NCBI RefSeq assembly: GCF_004010195.1
Contig: NC_057752.1
Span: forward strand, 7,154,063-7,218,062
Reading direction: 5' to 3'
Origin: Chiloscyllium plagiosum
Taxonomy: Eukaryota
Length of the DNA: 64,000 nt
Shown: positions 37,514 through 50,680 of the stretch, piece after piece
How the letters are laid out: the number at the start of each line of letters is the position of its first letter
How positions within the stretch are numbered: position 1 is the stretch's first letter
Position numbers and translations under genes: made by a program
The notes under the pieces: model-generated
Database searches by the model: none
Seen by the model: only the letters and a program-made list of their open reading frames with translations
What the model was told of the DNA's origin: nothing

Positions 37514-40451
37514 TGAGGACTGTAGATGCTGGAGACCAGAGTTGAAAAATGTGGTGCTGGAAAAACACAGCAGGCCAGGCAGCATCCAAGGAGCAGGAGA
37601 GTCGACATTTCGGGCATAAGCCCTTCTTCAGGAATGAGGCTGGTGTGCCAAGCGGGCTGGGATAAAGGGTAGGGGGGAGGGAATTTGGGGGANNNNNNNN
37701 NNNNNNNNNNNNNNNNNNNNNNNNNNNNNNNNNNNNNNNNNNNNNNNNNNNNNNNNNNNNNNNNNNNNNNNNNNNNNNNNNNNNNNNNNNNNNNNNNNNN
37801 NNNNNNNNNNNNNNNNNNNNNNNNNNNNNNNNNNNNNNNNNNNNNNNNNNNNNNNNNNNNNNNNNNNNNNNNNNNNNNNNNNNNNNNNNNNNNNNNNNNN
37901 NNNNNNNNNNNNNNNNNNNNNNNNNNNNNNNNNNNNNNNNNNNNNNNNNNNNGTTTTGCACTTGTTGCGGTTGCAGGGAAAGGTGCCGGGAGTGGAGGTT
38001 GGGTTGGTGGGGGGTGTGGACCTGACGAGGGAGTCATGGAGGGAGTGGTCCCTCTGGAACGCTGATAGGGGTGGGGAGGGAAATATATCCCTGCTGGTGG
38101 GGTCTGTTTGGAGGTGGCGGAAATGACGGAGGTGATACGATGTATCCGGAGTATGGTGGGGTGGAAGGCGAGGACCAGTGGGGTTCTGTCCTGGTGGCGA
38201 TTAGAAGGGTGGGGTTCAAGGATGGAGGTGCGGGAAGTGGAGGAGATGCGGTGGAGAGCATCATCGACCACGATGGAGGGGAAATTGCAGTCTTTGAAGA
38301 AGAAGGCCATTTGGGCTGTTCGGTAGTGGAATTGGTCCTCCTGGGAGCAGATGCGGCGGAGGCGAAGAATTGGGAATATGGGATGGCGTTTTTACAGGGG
38401 GCAGGGTGGGAGGAGGTGTAGTCTAGGTAGCTGTGGGAGTCGGTCGGTTTATAGTAAATGTCCGTGTTGATTTGGTTGCCCGAGATAGAAATGGAGAGGT
38501 CTAGGAAGGGGAGGGAGGAGTCTGAGACAGTCCAGGTAAATTTGAGGTCGGGGTGGAAGGTGTTAGTAAAGTGTATGAACTGTTCAACATCCTTGTGGGA
38601 GCACGAGGTAGCGCCAATACAATCATCGATGTAGCGGAGGAAAAGGTGGGGGGTGGTGCCAGTGTAGCTGTGGAAGATGGACTGTTCCACATATCTGACG
38701 AAGAGGCAGACATAGCTGGGGCCCATGGCTACTCCTTTGGTTTGGAGGAAGTGGGAGGATTGGAAGGAAAAGTTGCTAAGAGTGAGGACCAGTTCAGTCA
38801 GTCGGAAGGGTACTGGTTGGGTCGGCAGGAGAGGAAGAAGTGGAGGGCTTGGAGGCCTTCGTGATGGAGGATGGAAGTGTATAGGGACTGGATAGGGACT
38901 GGATGTCCATCGTGAAGATAAGGCTTTGGGGGCCGGGGAAGCAAAAATCTTGGAGGAGGTGAAGGGCGTGGGTGGTGTCCCGAACATAGGTGGGGAGTTC
39001 TTGGACTAAGGGGGACAGGACAGTGTTGAGGTATGCAGGAATGAGTTCGGTGGGGCAGGAGCAGGCTGAGACAATGGGTCGGACGGGACAGTCGGGTTTG
39101 TGGATTTTGGGTAGGAGGTAGAAATGAGCAGTGCGGGGTTGTGGGACTATGAGGTTGGAGGCAGTGGATGGGAGATCTCCTGATGTGATGAGGTTATGGA
39201 TGGTCTGGGAGATGATGGTTTGGTGGTGGGAGGTGGGGTCATGGTTAAGGGGGCAGTAGGAGGAGGTGTCCGCGAGTTGGCGTCTAGCTTCAGCGGTCTA
39301 AAGGTCGATGCGCCAAACTACTATCTCGCCTCCCTTGTCTGCCGGTTTGATGGTGAGGTTGGGGTTGGAGCGGAGGGAGTGGACGGCTGCGCGTTGCGAG
39401 GGTGAGAGGTTGGAGTGGGTGAGAGGGGTGGACAGGTTGAGGTGGTCAATGTCGCGGCTGCAGTTGGATATGAAGAGATTGAGAGTGGGTAAGAGCCCAC
39501 CACGGGGTGGCCAGGTGGATGGGGTGTGTTGGAGGCGGGAGAAGGGGTCATCAGAGGGTGGGCGAGAGTCCTGGTTGAAGAAGTAGGCGCGGAGGCGAAG
39601 GCAGCGGAAGAAATGCTTGATGTATCGCCACGTGTCAAACTCATTGATCCGGGAGCGTAGGGTGAGGCCTCTGCTGAGGACTGATTGTTCATCCTCAGAG
39701 AGGGGGAGGTCTGGAGGGATAGTGAAAATACGGCAGGGCTGGGAGCTAGGACCTGGTGTGGGGCTGAAGCTGAGAGTGGGGGCGAAGTTAGGCGTGGGGG
39801 CGGAGATCGACATGGGAGTGGCGTAGCATGCGGTGTGGCCCTTGAGCAGGTGAGTGACGTCACTGGGGGCGGAAGTGGCACGCCGGGCAGAAACGGCGCT
39901 GGTCCCGGTAGCCGTGTATCTGTGGGCGATGATCTTCCTGGCGATCGTGGAGGCAGTTGTCTGGGTGGCGATCGCGGAGGCTGCATGGTTGGTGGTGGCT
40001 GTTGTCCATGTGCCGGTGGGGGCAGAGGTGATGTCACCGTTCGCTGCGGCAGTGGTGGCTGCAGCAGCTGCGTGGGCAATGGCACCTGAGTGGTTCCGGA
40101 GGTCACGAGAAGGTTCAGGAACGGTCGAGGAATTCGGAGTGTGAGGGTGAGTACATGAAAGTTTTTTGTACTTACTTTCTTTGATGTTCGATATGGCTAG
40201 GAAAAAGCGTTTGTTCTGTGTATGAATTCTGAGGATGAAGAACATCAAAGGTCCTTTGCAGGTCTGTGAGAGTGTTGTCCTGAGCTGGGGCAGGGCTGAC
40301 TGCAGGGACTGTAGGTAGCGGCGCATGGCTGCGAGTGTGGAGCGGAGGATCTGGAGGGAGGTTATGTTGCTGGAGGCTTCGGATTTGTTGCAGGTACTGG
40401 TTGTCCTGGTTGGGTCCAAATTGTGTTGGTCTGAACGTAGTCTGGAGTCAG
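37514..40451 (-). mobile_element. Penelope-like retroelement (disrupted RT ORF; the endonuclease region probably falls in the N-gap)
   Basis: IKPADKGG, QTKGVAMG, RYIDD, LPFLD and IYYKPTD motifs; 15-bp TSD TGGATGCAGAGGTAG (37499-37513 and 40452-40466). Confidence 0.93.
37600..37634 (-). ncRNA. Minimal type-I hammerhead ribozyme motif in the Penelope 3' terminal repeat
   Basis: CTGAAGA-A-GGGC TTAT GCCC-GAAA-TG-TC with a perfect stem II; activity untested. Confidence 0.65.
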
Positions 40452-40912
40452 TGGATGCAGAGGTAGGTAATCTACTAGTCTTTCTGATTATTTTTGGGTA
40501 CTGTCCTTGATATAATGATAAACCTATCTCAAACCTTAAAGTCTCTTATGACCTTGACCATTTCTAGTTTATCATTTATAAAGTACCCTGTTTTTGGACC
40601 CTTTTGGGTCCAAAATGAATGACCTTTCATTTGCCTACCTTGAAACCCATTTTTCACAGTTCTTCCCATTCACTTAATCTGTCGATATCTTTTTGTAACT
40701 TTACAATTCCATCTACGCTGCTTGCAATACTGTCTCAGCAGTACATGAGCAGCAAATTTGGTGAAGCAGATTTCTATCCCATCATTTGTCACCACATTAA
40801 AGGCCTTCAAGTTTAACAGACCAGAAGCATAACTGATTGTTCCATAATCTATCACAACAATAATTCCTAGAACAAGATTTTATTATTAATTGTAAAATAA
40901 TTGAACACTTAC

Positions 40913-40971
40913 ATGCTGCTGCTTTGACTTTATCCATTTCTCCCAACAGTGCCACCTCTCTGTCCATAAAA
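40913..40971 (-). CDS. SPATS2: SPATS2 coding exon (FMDREVALLGEMDKVKAAA)
   Basis: ttgcag| acceptor and |gtaagt donor, 59 nt; matches SPATS2 LMDREVALLAEMDKVKAEA. Confidence 0.95.
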
Positions 40972-41863
40972 CTGCAATGAAAACGAGAGAGGTTTATTTG
41001 TGGATTTTCACTCTAATAAGAGGGGTGCCCTACTAGGATGTAATGCTGAACCATAACTGATTTAAATCAGTTTCTAAAAATTAGGAAAGGGCTGAGATCA
41101 GATTTTTAAAGTATAACTTTTTAGGAATGCTATAGGATTTGTGATACCAATCAAGTTATTAAATAACTTTTTTCTTTTGCTGCAAGTAACTCAATATTAC
41201 ATTTTTCATCATGTTTAAAGCAGTTGCACAGATAATTAGTTATGAAAAAGTTGCTTATTAAAAGAAGTTCTAACCTTGTTGTCTGAAGCAAAACTGAATT
41301 TTCATCCATGTAGCTTTTGACATCGAAATTAATGATTTTCGACAGGCAAAGTCTTAAATGATAACATGCGATACTAGGTGTATAATATAGATAATTTGGA
41401 TTTTGGTCAATTTTGTAAAGGTGCTTCTTTTTTAAAAAAAAGTCAGAAAGTCATTTGGAACAGTGACCCACATACATGATTTCCAAAAGGCATGTGACTT
41501 CAGTCAAGTACCTGGCAAGACACCCATGGTATCAATAGATGGAATAATTTAAACCGGAGTTTACAATTTAGAATTAGACCATCAGAATTGCGAAAGATTC
41601 GTTCCAGCAAACTTGGAAGGGAATCGTAAAATTGTCTCAACAGTCCAATGAAAAGAAACTGAGGACAATTAGTTAAGTAAAACTTTAAAGAGTTAGGATA
41701 GGAGTGATATGTCTGTAAAAAGGATAGCATTGGGTTTAAACTTTCATAGTATTTGTTTTGCTGTTGGTGTTAAGATTTAACTGTCTATATATATGTGTGG
41801 CTTTGTTTGTTTTTTCTGTGCAATAAATTTATTTGTTTGCTACAGTACTTTTTTTTAAAAAAA

Positions 41864-42209
41864 GAATCCCCACAGTGTGGAAACAGGCCATTCGGCCCAA
41901 CAAGTCCACACCATACTCCAAACAGCATCTCACCCAGACCCAACCTCCTACTCTATCCCTCTAGTCCTGCATTGCCCATGGCCAATGCACCTAACATACA
42001 CACCCCTGAACAGTAAAGGCAATTTGGCATGGCCAATCCACCTAAACTGCACATCTTTGGACTGTGGGAGGAAACTGGAGCACCCAGAGGAAGCACATGC
42101 AGATATGGAGAGAATGTGCAAATTCCACACAGTCACTCGAGGCCGGCCTCAAATCTGGGTGTTTGGTGCTGTGAGGCAGCAGTGCTAACCACTGATGCAC
42201 CGTGCCACC
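41864..42209 (-). mobile_element. HE1/V-SINE-type tRNA-derived SINE
   Basis: Reverse-complement homolog of 43816-44120. Confidence 0.85.
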
Positions 42210-43656
42210 TCTGTACATCTACAGCCGTGTGTGAATATGTTTCAGTGACTAATTGCTATATCAACCAACTACAAACATTAAACATTTGATTTATCAAGCT
42301 AGATTTCCTTCCAGGATCTGATTTATTCAGTATTACCATCAGCTGGAATAATCACATGCACACAACTGACAATGGGTTTTGGAAGTCTGTAAGACTTGGA
42401 TGATGTATAGTGACACCACTTTGCAAAAGCATTAAGTTATTTCATTAGATTTTCTATTTGTATCAATATGACTCATAATAAAGTAGCTGGTACTGGCCTG
42501 ATATTTAGTCAAGAAAATGCAAAATTTTTAAAACACTTTGAATATAATTTTAGCAATAGTTAAAGCCCTTAAATGCTATAAGTCTCGTATGCAATTATAA
42601 AGGGCTTAATAAAAACAGAATGTTGCATGTTTGTAGATTTCAGGGGCAGGATCTTCCTCCGTACTCCTGGAGGTTTAGCGGTGATCATGGAGAGGGCAGA
42701 CGCCAGCCTGTTGAATACTTGATCACTAAGTGATTTCCCAATGCTATTTTGCCAAATGCAGTTAGGTAAATATTGGTGACTGTATTCTAGTAAGTCAAAT
42801 TTTATTTATATTGTATTTTGGAATAAAATTATGGCAATGTAAATTGATTAAGTACTAGCATATGTGTTCCCAGAGCAGGGAAACATTACTAGAACTCAAA
42901 ACTTAAATTGAGAATACCTTTAATGTAATTATGCCAATAACCAATTCCCTTTACTTTACTTCAAACATTACAATATTTCAAGGGAAGCAGCAGTATTCCT
43001 ATTCAGAATATGGATGAACAGGCTAGGACTTTTAAAATTTCACTTGCATACAGCCTAATCCCACTCCTCAGGCAACTAAAGCAAAGTGTAGTGATAAATA
43101 TTTTATATCCAACATTGTGATCATCACAGCTAAGTGGAGGGGGAAACCTGCAGGATAAAGAAATGAATTCTTCGTTTCAAATAAAATAACTGAATACTGA
43201 TTCAATCTCAAAAAGCAGATAACTGTTTAAAATTTTCTCCTGTGGTTTGTGTTATCCACTCTCCAAGTATACATTTTAATTCACTTAGCACTGTCAATTA
43301 TTCTCCATACGATATAACTGGGTCATTAACTTTTGCTTGCTCAGCTGACAAAACATTGTTATCATAGCACCTTCAACACCCTTCCTGGGAGAAAGAACCC
43401 AATAGCTGAACATGGTGGGAAATACTTTTAAAGCCAGAGACCAACATGAATGCATTGGTGGAATAAAATGCAGTATGCACCATTATGGAATCCGAATGAT
43501 GAACTTCATTATATCAATTATTTGGTGAATTACAATACAACTATCAGAGTGAGATTTCAAGGCTTTAACAAAGTCCTTCTATTTCCAAAGGATATCTAAA
43601 CATCATTGCATGAATTTAGTACTCTTTAGCAAAGATAGTTGAGTAGCCTGGTAGCT

Positions 43657-45400
43657 TAGAGTCATAGAGATGTACAGCACAGAAACAGACCCTTCAATCC
43701 AACTCGTCCATGCCGACCAGATATTCCAATCTAATCTAGTCCCATTTGCCAGCACTTGGCCCATATCCCTCCAAACCCTTCCTATTCATATACCCATCCA
43801 GATGTCTCTTTATCAGGGCGGCTCAGTGGTTAGCACTGCTGCCTCAGCTCCAGGGTCCCAGGTTCGATTCCAGCCTCAGGCGACGGTCTGTGAGGAGTTT
43901 GCACATTCTTCCAGTGTCTGCGTGGGTTTCCCCCAGGTGCTCCCATTTCCTCCCACAGTCCAAAGATGTGCAGGTCGGGTGAATTTGCTATGCTAAATTG
44001 CCCCATAGTGTTAGATCAATTAGTCAGAGGAAATGGGTCTGGGTATGTTACTCTTCAGAGGGTCAGTGTTGACTGGTTGGGCCGAAGGGCCTGTTTCCAC
44101 ACTGTAGGGAATCTAATCTAAAAAAAAATGTTGCAATTGTACCAACCTCCATCACTTCCTCTGGCAGCTCATTCCATACATACCATCTCTGCATGCAAAT
44201 GTTGCCCCGTAGGTCTCTTTTATATCTTTCCCCTCTCACCTTAAACCTATGATCTCTTGTTCTGGACTCCCCCACCCCAGGGAAATGACTTTGTCTATCT
44301 ATCCTGTCCATGCCCATCATGATTTTATAAACCTCTATAAGGTCACCCCTCAGCCTCCGACTTTCCAAGGAAAAACAGCCCCAGCCTGTTCAACCTCTCC
44401 CTATAGCTCAAATCCTCCAACCTTGGCAACATCCTTGCAAAGTGGCCAAACTAACGTCCTGTACAGCCACAACATGACCTCCCAACTTCTGTACTCAATA
44501 CGCTCACCAATAAAGGAAAGCATACCAAACAACTTCTTCACTATCCTATCTACCTGCGACTCCACTTTCAAGGAGCTACGAACCGGCACTCCAAGGTCTC
44601 TTTGTTCAGCAACACTCGCAAGGGCCTTACCATTAAATGTCGAAGTCCTGCTAAGATTAGCCAGAAATTTGACAATTGCATGACTTATCTCGGGCCATAA
44701 TCTGGGATTTGGATTACCAGGTGCTGGGGATTTGTAAACTCTTAGTTCCATCAATTTTCCCAACACCATTTCCCCACAACTATTCATTACCTTCAGTTCT
44801 GTTCTCCATGGACCAAGTGTTGCGCAACATTTTGGGGATGTTACTTGTGTCCCCCTTTGTGATGATAGAAGCAACATACGTGGTTAATTGGTCTGCCATC
44901 TCTTTGTCCCGCATGAGAACTTTTCCTGTTTCTAATTGTAATTGTTCTCACTAATCCTTTTTTTCCTCTTCACATACCCCATTTTCCCTTTTTTATCAAT
45001 CCTTTTGTTGAAACCTAAACTACTCCTAGTCTTTCGACCTGCTGCTTTTTTTTAAAGCCAATTTGTACGCCACTTCTTTGGATCCAGTCCTATCCATAAT
45101 ATGCCTTGTTAGCCATTGCTGGGCCACCTTTTGTGTTTTATTTTGTCAGACAGGATGAAACAACTATTGCAGTTCCTCCAGGTGCTATTTAAATGTTTGT
45201 CATTTCTTTCAATAATGTTCCCTCATTTGTTGCAGCCTGTTCTTGCCTCTGCCATTGTAATTTCCTCACTTTAGAATTAAGTCCCCAGTCTTCCAATCAG
45301 TTCTTCACTCTTGCGCAAGGGCGCCTCACATCTATATTGACAATTATTCCATTCTTGTGAAGGAATTAAAATTTTAGAATTAAATTGCCATTGTCCAACA
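43657..45400 (-). mobile_element. Chimeric, internally deleted CR1 derivative with a nested SINE
   Basis: The CR1 3' half is joined at ~44648-44657 to an EN-RT linker segment; the same junction occurs at 30186-30195. Confidence 0.8.
43816..44120 (+). mobile_element. HE1/V-SINE-type tRNA-derived SINE
   Basis: A-box ggctcagtgg, B-box GGTTCGATTCC, V-domain-like core and CR1-type tail. Confidence 0.9.
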
Positions 45401-45404
45401 GAAC

Positions 45405-45735
45405 TATTGCCACTTTTGGAATATTATGTGCAATTTTGGTCACCCTCCTATTGGAAGGATGCTATGAAGCTTGAAAGGGCTCAGAAAAGATCCACACGGA
45501 TGTTGCCAGGGTCGGACGGCCTGAGCGACAGGGAGAGGCCAAACAGACTGGGACTGCTTCTCCCTGTGTACCAGAGGCTGAGGGGTGACCCCAGTTACAT
45601 TTATAAAATCATGAGTTGTATGGGTAGGGTAAATAGACAAGGTCCCCTCCCTAGGATGGGGGAGCCCAGAACGAGAGGGCAATAGGTTTAGGGTGGGAAG
45701 GTAAGACTTAAAAGCGGCCTAAGGGCAACCTTTTA
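45405..45735 (+). mobile_element. CR1 3' fragment
   Basis: PLLEYYVQFWSP...LERAQKRSTRM motif. Confidence 0.85.
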
Positions 45736-46034
45736 AAAATAAAAATGGATCCACTTTCAGTAACGTGACAGAGATATTGCTGTTTGCATCAGGGGCGCAA
45801 CAAGAGCAAAACCACAGAATGACTAAATTATTTGAGGTTTGCAATTTGCTGACCAGACAAAAATGCGTCCCAATTTATAGCATTGATTTTTGAAGCATAC
45901 AAACATTTGAATCATGTCTCTGCCCAGGGAAAATCAAAGAAATATTTTAAAATTTTGTCACAATATCAGTTAGTTATAAGTGTCTAAAATAGGACTACAG
46001 AAATCATGTTTTTATTATAGATGGCAGAGGTGGA

Positions 46035-46203
46035 ATAAGTTAAAAATCACACAACACCAAGTTTAGTCCAAAAGGTTTATTTGGAAGCACTAAATTTCAG
46101 AGTGCCACTCCTTCTTCAGATGGTTGTGGAGTAGGACCATAAGACACACAATTTATTCCAAAAGATTACACTGTCATGCAAGTGAAATGATATATTTAAC
46201 AAA
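46035..46203 (-). mobile_element. Terminal fragment of a second Penelope-type family with a degenerate hammerhead motif (46088-46123)
   Basis: Minus strand reads cat CTGAAGA A GGAG TGGCA CTCT GAAA TT TA gtg, followed by AATAAA. Confidence 0.6.
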
Positions 46204-46239
46204 GTGTTTGGGCTCCTCAACCTAGGGCTTGTCCATCCA

Positions 46240-46645
46240 TCCACTTTTTTCTTTTTTTCCCTCCTTTTCCTTTGTTTTAAAAGATTTTACAAGTTTTTTT
46301 TCCCCAAAAGAATACTTATCTTGGAACAGCTGAGAGCCAGAGCAGACCGGGCTAGAGGCCTGGAGCAGAGTCGGAACGGTTGTTGGGCTGGGTATCAGCA
46401 CGGGTGGTCAGCAGCTTGCAAGGCTGGTCAGACCATGTAATTTGTTTGTCTGACTATAACATTTATCCTTTTAACTATGTCTTTTTTCTAACTTATACCA
46501 TGAATCACTAAGGTAATGTAACTTTTTTCTTCTTTATTTCTTTGTATCTAAGATTTGTACCGAGGTACTTTGTACTTAAGATGGTGCCATGAGAGGCAAC
46601 ATTGTAAACTTTTCATTGTACTCCTGTACTTGACAATATATGACA
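46240..46645 (+). mobile_element. Non-coding interspersed repeat with a Rex1-like 3' tail (copy 1)
   Basis: Colinear with the reverse complement of 56823-57330. Confidence 0.7.
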
Positions 46646-47986
46646 ATAAAGGATATTCAATTCTATTTACTTTAAGAAAGTGACTTGCGTAAGCATCAAA
46701 TTAATGTTGGGAAACAAATCACGTTCCTTCCATTCCAAGCACATGACATGTCAGTATGCAGCATATTTAGCCCAAGTACATTGCTACTAGCTACAAAGTT
46801 AAATATCATCTGTACTCCATGTCTCAAGCATTCCCCAATGCAACACCATGACTTTTTCCACTTCTCAAACCAGCCTGCATGTGGCCTCTCTAATTAAGAT
46901 TGCTGGTTTCAAATTCATTTGACAAATTGAAAAGAATATTTTTCAATCCTTCAATTGTGCTACATCTGTACCAGCTGGTAGTTATGGAGCAGGGTGCACT
47001 GTAAATTTTGGTTTTGCCAACGCCACTTGTGATTTGCTTTGCCAATGAATAAAAAAGGTGCTGAGCAAAGACCAAAACTCCTACGGTAATGCAATGAAAA
47101 TAATTTTTCTTCTTGGGGTGGGGAGGTGGGAGAACAGGCTGCATTTTTGCCCATCTATTGGTATCAATCATGTATTTTGAAACCAGTGTTTGTATGTAGT
47201 AACAGGTTCCCTCCTTGGAACAATATTGATAAGGCAGTTGGGTTTCAGCTTTCGTTGCTACTTTATTGAATTCAATTTCACAAATGCTGGGATTTGAACT
47301 CAGCTACTGTTCCTTCAAATCCTATGTACAACCCATGTTCTACTATTTAACATTCTGACAGCTGCATAATAATTTTCTGTACAAAGACAGTGCTTTTGCA
47401 AGGATAGAGTGCACTCACATGAAAAGAGTGTGTCCAAATATATTTACTTTTTAACTGACCCAATGACTATAAAGTGTAATGGGATCATTCCCAAAGACTT
47501 TTCATGCCTGGTATTTTTTCCAGAACAAACTGCCATCAGACCCAACTGACATCTTTTAGATTCTTATTAGACTGCTTCATTTCAACAGTGACAAAATCTA
47601 CCAAATGTGGTGAAACACATTGCTGACATCCATTGCAGAACCAACTGTTGTAAAAGCTTTTCTCGGTTTGATACTTAATGAGAGAACAACGCACTGCCAC
47701 AATGTTCTTTTCACTTACTAGTGCAATCTCAATTTGATAGCAATCCACTATCAGATTAGTAATCATGTGTTTCCACCACATTCAGCAGATTTTGTTTAAT
47801 CGTTGTAATAGTTATGTCATTCACATGGGAAAATAAAATCTAGTTTTATGCTAATATTATCACATTGTGGTCTGGATATTCAAATGTCAGCAATGCTCAA
47901 AAGACTACAAAGTATCAGCTCATGTTCAGTTGGTGGAGAAGGAAAAAATGTGGCTACACAAAGATGAGAATTTTGAGATGGTATAA

Positions 47987-48612
47987 AAACATAAGAACAG
48001 GAGCAGACTATTCAGCCCCTTGAGTCTGTCCCATCATTTAACAAAATCATGTCTGATCTATGGCAGAACTCCATTTAGCTGCTTTTGGCCCATATCCCTT
48101 AATACCTTGGCTTAATAAAATTTTACATCAAGTTTAAAATTAACAATTAATCTCACTTCAATTATCACTGGTGAGAGGTCCAAACCTCTACCACCCTCTG
48201 TGTGTAGAAGTGCTTCCTAACATTTCTCCTGAATGGTCTGGCCCTAATTCTCAGACTCTGTCCTTTAGTTCCAGAATCCCAACTAGCGGCAATAGTTTAT
48301 CTTTATCTACCCTGTCTTTTTCTATTAAATATACTGAAGACCACGATTACATCATCCTATAACCTTCTAAACTCTAGAGAAAACAGGCCTAATTTGGATA
48401 ATCTCTCCTGATGACTTAACCCCTGAAGTCCAGGTGCCATTCCTGTAAACCTACGTTGTACTGCCTCCAAGATCAATACATCCATCCTTACTAAGGTGTG
48501 GTGCCTACATCTGCTCACAAGTCAGGTGTAACCAGGATTTTATACAACTGCACCCTTGTACTTCAGTCCTCTAGATGGAAAGACCAGTCTTCTTTATTAT
48601 TTTCTGCACCTG
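47987..48612 (-). mobile_element. Old CR1 3' fragment
   Basis: Starts with the acataagaacaggag tail; similar to 61000-61490. Confidence 0.7.
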
Positions 48613-50509
48613 TTCGGGCTTAGTAAGCCATCGCAATCAGTGCTTTTTAAGAGATTCTTTCTTGCTCTAAAAACACAAAGCATCAGATTAAAATTTCTGG
48701 CATGCGAGAGGATAGGTATTCTCAATGAGGAATCAGGAAACTGTATTAAAGACGCCGTGGAAATAGAATGCAGCTCGGTTAACAGAACATAATCTAGACA
48801 GCTGATCTTCTCCAAAGTCAGGTTAATGAACCGTTTAAAACAAAAATTCTAGCAATGAAATGCGGTATATTTAAACCTTGACAACTAACAATGAGAGAAT
48901 AGGGAGAGATCTTGCAATTCATCATCGTATAATTGGTCAATTGTTTCCTTTGTTTGTTTACTTGGTTGACCCTTTTTTGGCTGTGTTTTACTCCCACTCA
49001 TTATTCATCCATCTAGTAACTCTATAGGCTCAAGGTGGTTTGAGGATGACATACCTAAGTACAAACATTCCAAATGCTTTATGGAGGACATGGCAATCTA
49101 GTATCTGATTCAGGTACATCTGCAGTATTTGGCAGTATTGTTACTAATCGACAAGCCAGAGGGACAGATGCCACTGGGAGTTTCCACTCAACTCGAGAAA
49201 ATCTTAAAAGCAAGTTCCCATTGGTGGCTCAGGCTCGACAAGCAAAAAGTGGTTTACCAGAGCAGAACTTGACATTCACAAGCCTCAGCTTTGTCAAATA
49301 TGCCTAAGCTTCCTGTATTTGGGTAACTGGTATGTAAATTGCCCACTAATTTGAAAACTTGAACGTGGTGATTGATTTCCCCAAGGGTCAGATAGCTGGA
49401 TGACCAAAACCACGACTCTAGTAAACTTTCTTTCATTGACATTAATGTCTCCATTAATTCAATACTTACTTTTTCTAGAATTTGCTCTTTTCTCATCTAT
49501 CTTGTCTGTCTGCACACTTTTAGCAGATGTTACTTCACTGATTTACTCAATTTGTATCTTTCATCGATTTTTTAAAATTTCAAGCAATATATAATGGGTT
49601 ACAGATGGAAATAGCAGAAGACATACAGCAGCTAACATAATATGCAATATTGCTCAAAAGACTTAAGAATTAGTGGAGAGAATAAGAAAATAATGGGCTG
49701 ACAACTAAGGAGGATGTAAATGGGATTAAACACGTTTATATCTGCTATAAAAGTTCTTCAAAATGGCTAAATAGAATACATGATACATGTTTCCTAGTTT
49801 TGTTATGATGTGTATTTTAGTTACAGTATTTATTTAATTCTATTGCAAAGTGTCACAGTTCACAGAAGAACCAAATTTAAGTTGTCTACTGGAGATCTGT
49901 GGAGCCATTTAATTTAAGGACCTTCCTATTTTGTACACTTCCAACAATTCTCTGCTCCACGTCAATAACAAAAAAGTGTGTTGGAGAACAAAATAATACT
50001 CTAATCAAAGGCAATATTCTTTTCTTCAATTTTCTTCTTCCTTTGGGGATGTGCATAGATTTGTTAGGATCACACATGCAAAGCAGTTTTCAATTATGTT
50101 TTAATGCAAAAGTTCCTTACGTTTTATTCTGTGAATGCAATATATCAGAATACTGGATAAAGGCTGAGTGTGCAATACCTAAATAGTTCCATGCACACTC
50201 CGTTCGTGTGAATGAGGGAATTGACAACAATTGACAAACCCTCACACAAATCATGCTGGTACTTTAGTTGACAAGTTGTCAAAAATGCAGTGCCTGATCT
50301 AGCAGTTAAAAAGCATAAAATGCTCCCAGACAGCAGATGTACAACTGGTTCAAATCAACAGAAATTAGAACATGGTCAAATTAGAAATCATATCACCAGT
50401 GTTAATGTATAAACATGTATCAAAATAATACAATTACCCATAAAACTAATGCTAGTGTTTGAGTGACCAAGTTACAGCTGTATCCAAATTTCAACCCTTC
50501 TGGTATTAC

Positions 50510-50680
50510 AAAGTAAACTGCTGGAAATCTGAAATGAAGACAACATATACTGGAAATAGTCAGGAGGTCTTGCAGTGAGAAACAAAATTAATGTTTCAGA
50601 TCAAGGGCCTTTCTTCAGCTTCTGAAGCAGAAGGTACATTACCTAAAATGTTAATTTGACTTTCCCCTCCATCGATCCAC
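50510..50680. mobile_element. Degenerate copy of the palindromic Penelope-type element
   Basis: gctggaaatctgaaa...ttaatgtttcag..cttcag ct tctgaag..aaaatgttaa; same layout as 16266-16487. Confidence 0.6.

Larger units (their letters stand above)
31560..40810 (-). mobile_element. Old CR1 3' region split into three pieces (~31560-31874, 37246-37513, 40452-40810) by later insertions
   Basis: The sequence reads continuously as CR1 once the TSD-flanked inserts are removed; similar to 47987-48612 and 61000-61490. Confidence 0.75.

Noticed and set aside
36065..38310. Long ORFs containing X runs
   Set aside because: Artefacts of translating through assembly N-gaps; the real parts belong to L1 ORF1 and Penelope.
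39196..40510. Multiple overlapping long ORFs on both strands
   Set aside because: Shadow frames of the GC-rich Penelope ORF, not independent genes.
43816..43890. tRNA gene candidate with A and B boxes
   Set aside because: Continues into a SINE body and CR1 tail, so it is a SINE head rather than a tRNA.
49470..49537. Minus-strand exon-like segment with a GTAAGT donor (EVTSAKSVQTDKIDEKRANSRK)
   Set aside because: No polypyrimidine tract, the phase does not fit the next SPATS2 exon, and no similarity to SPATS2.
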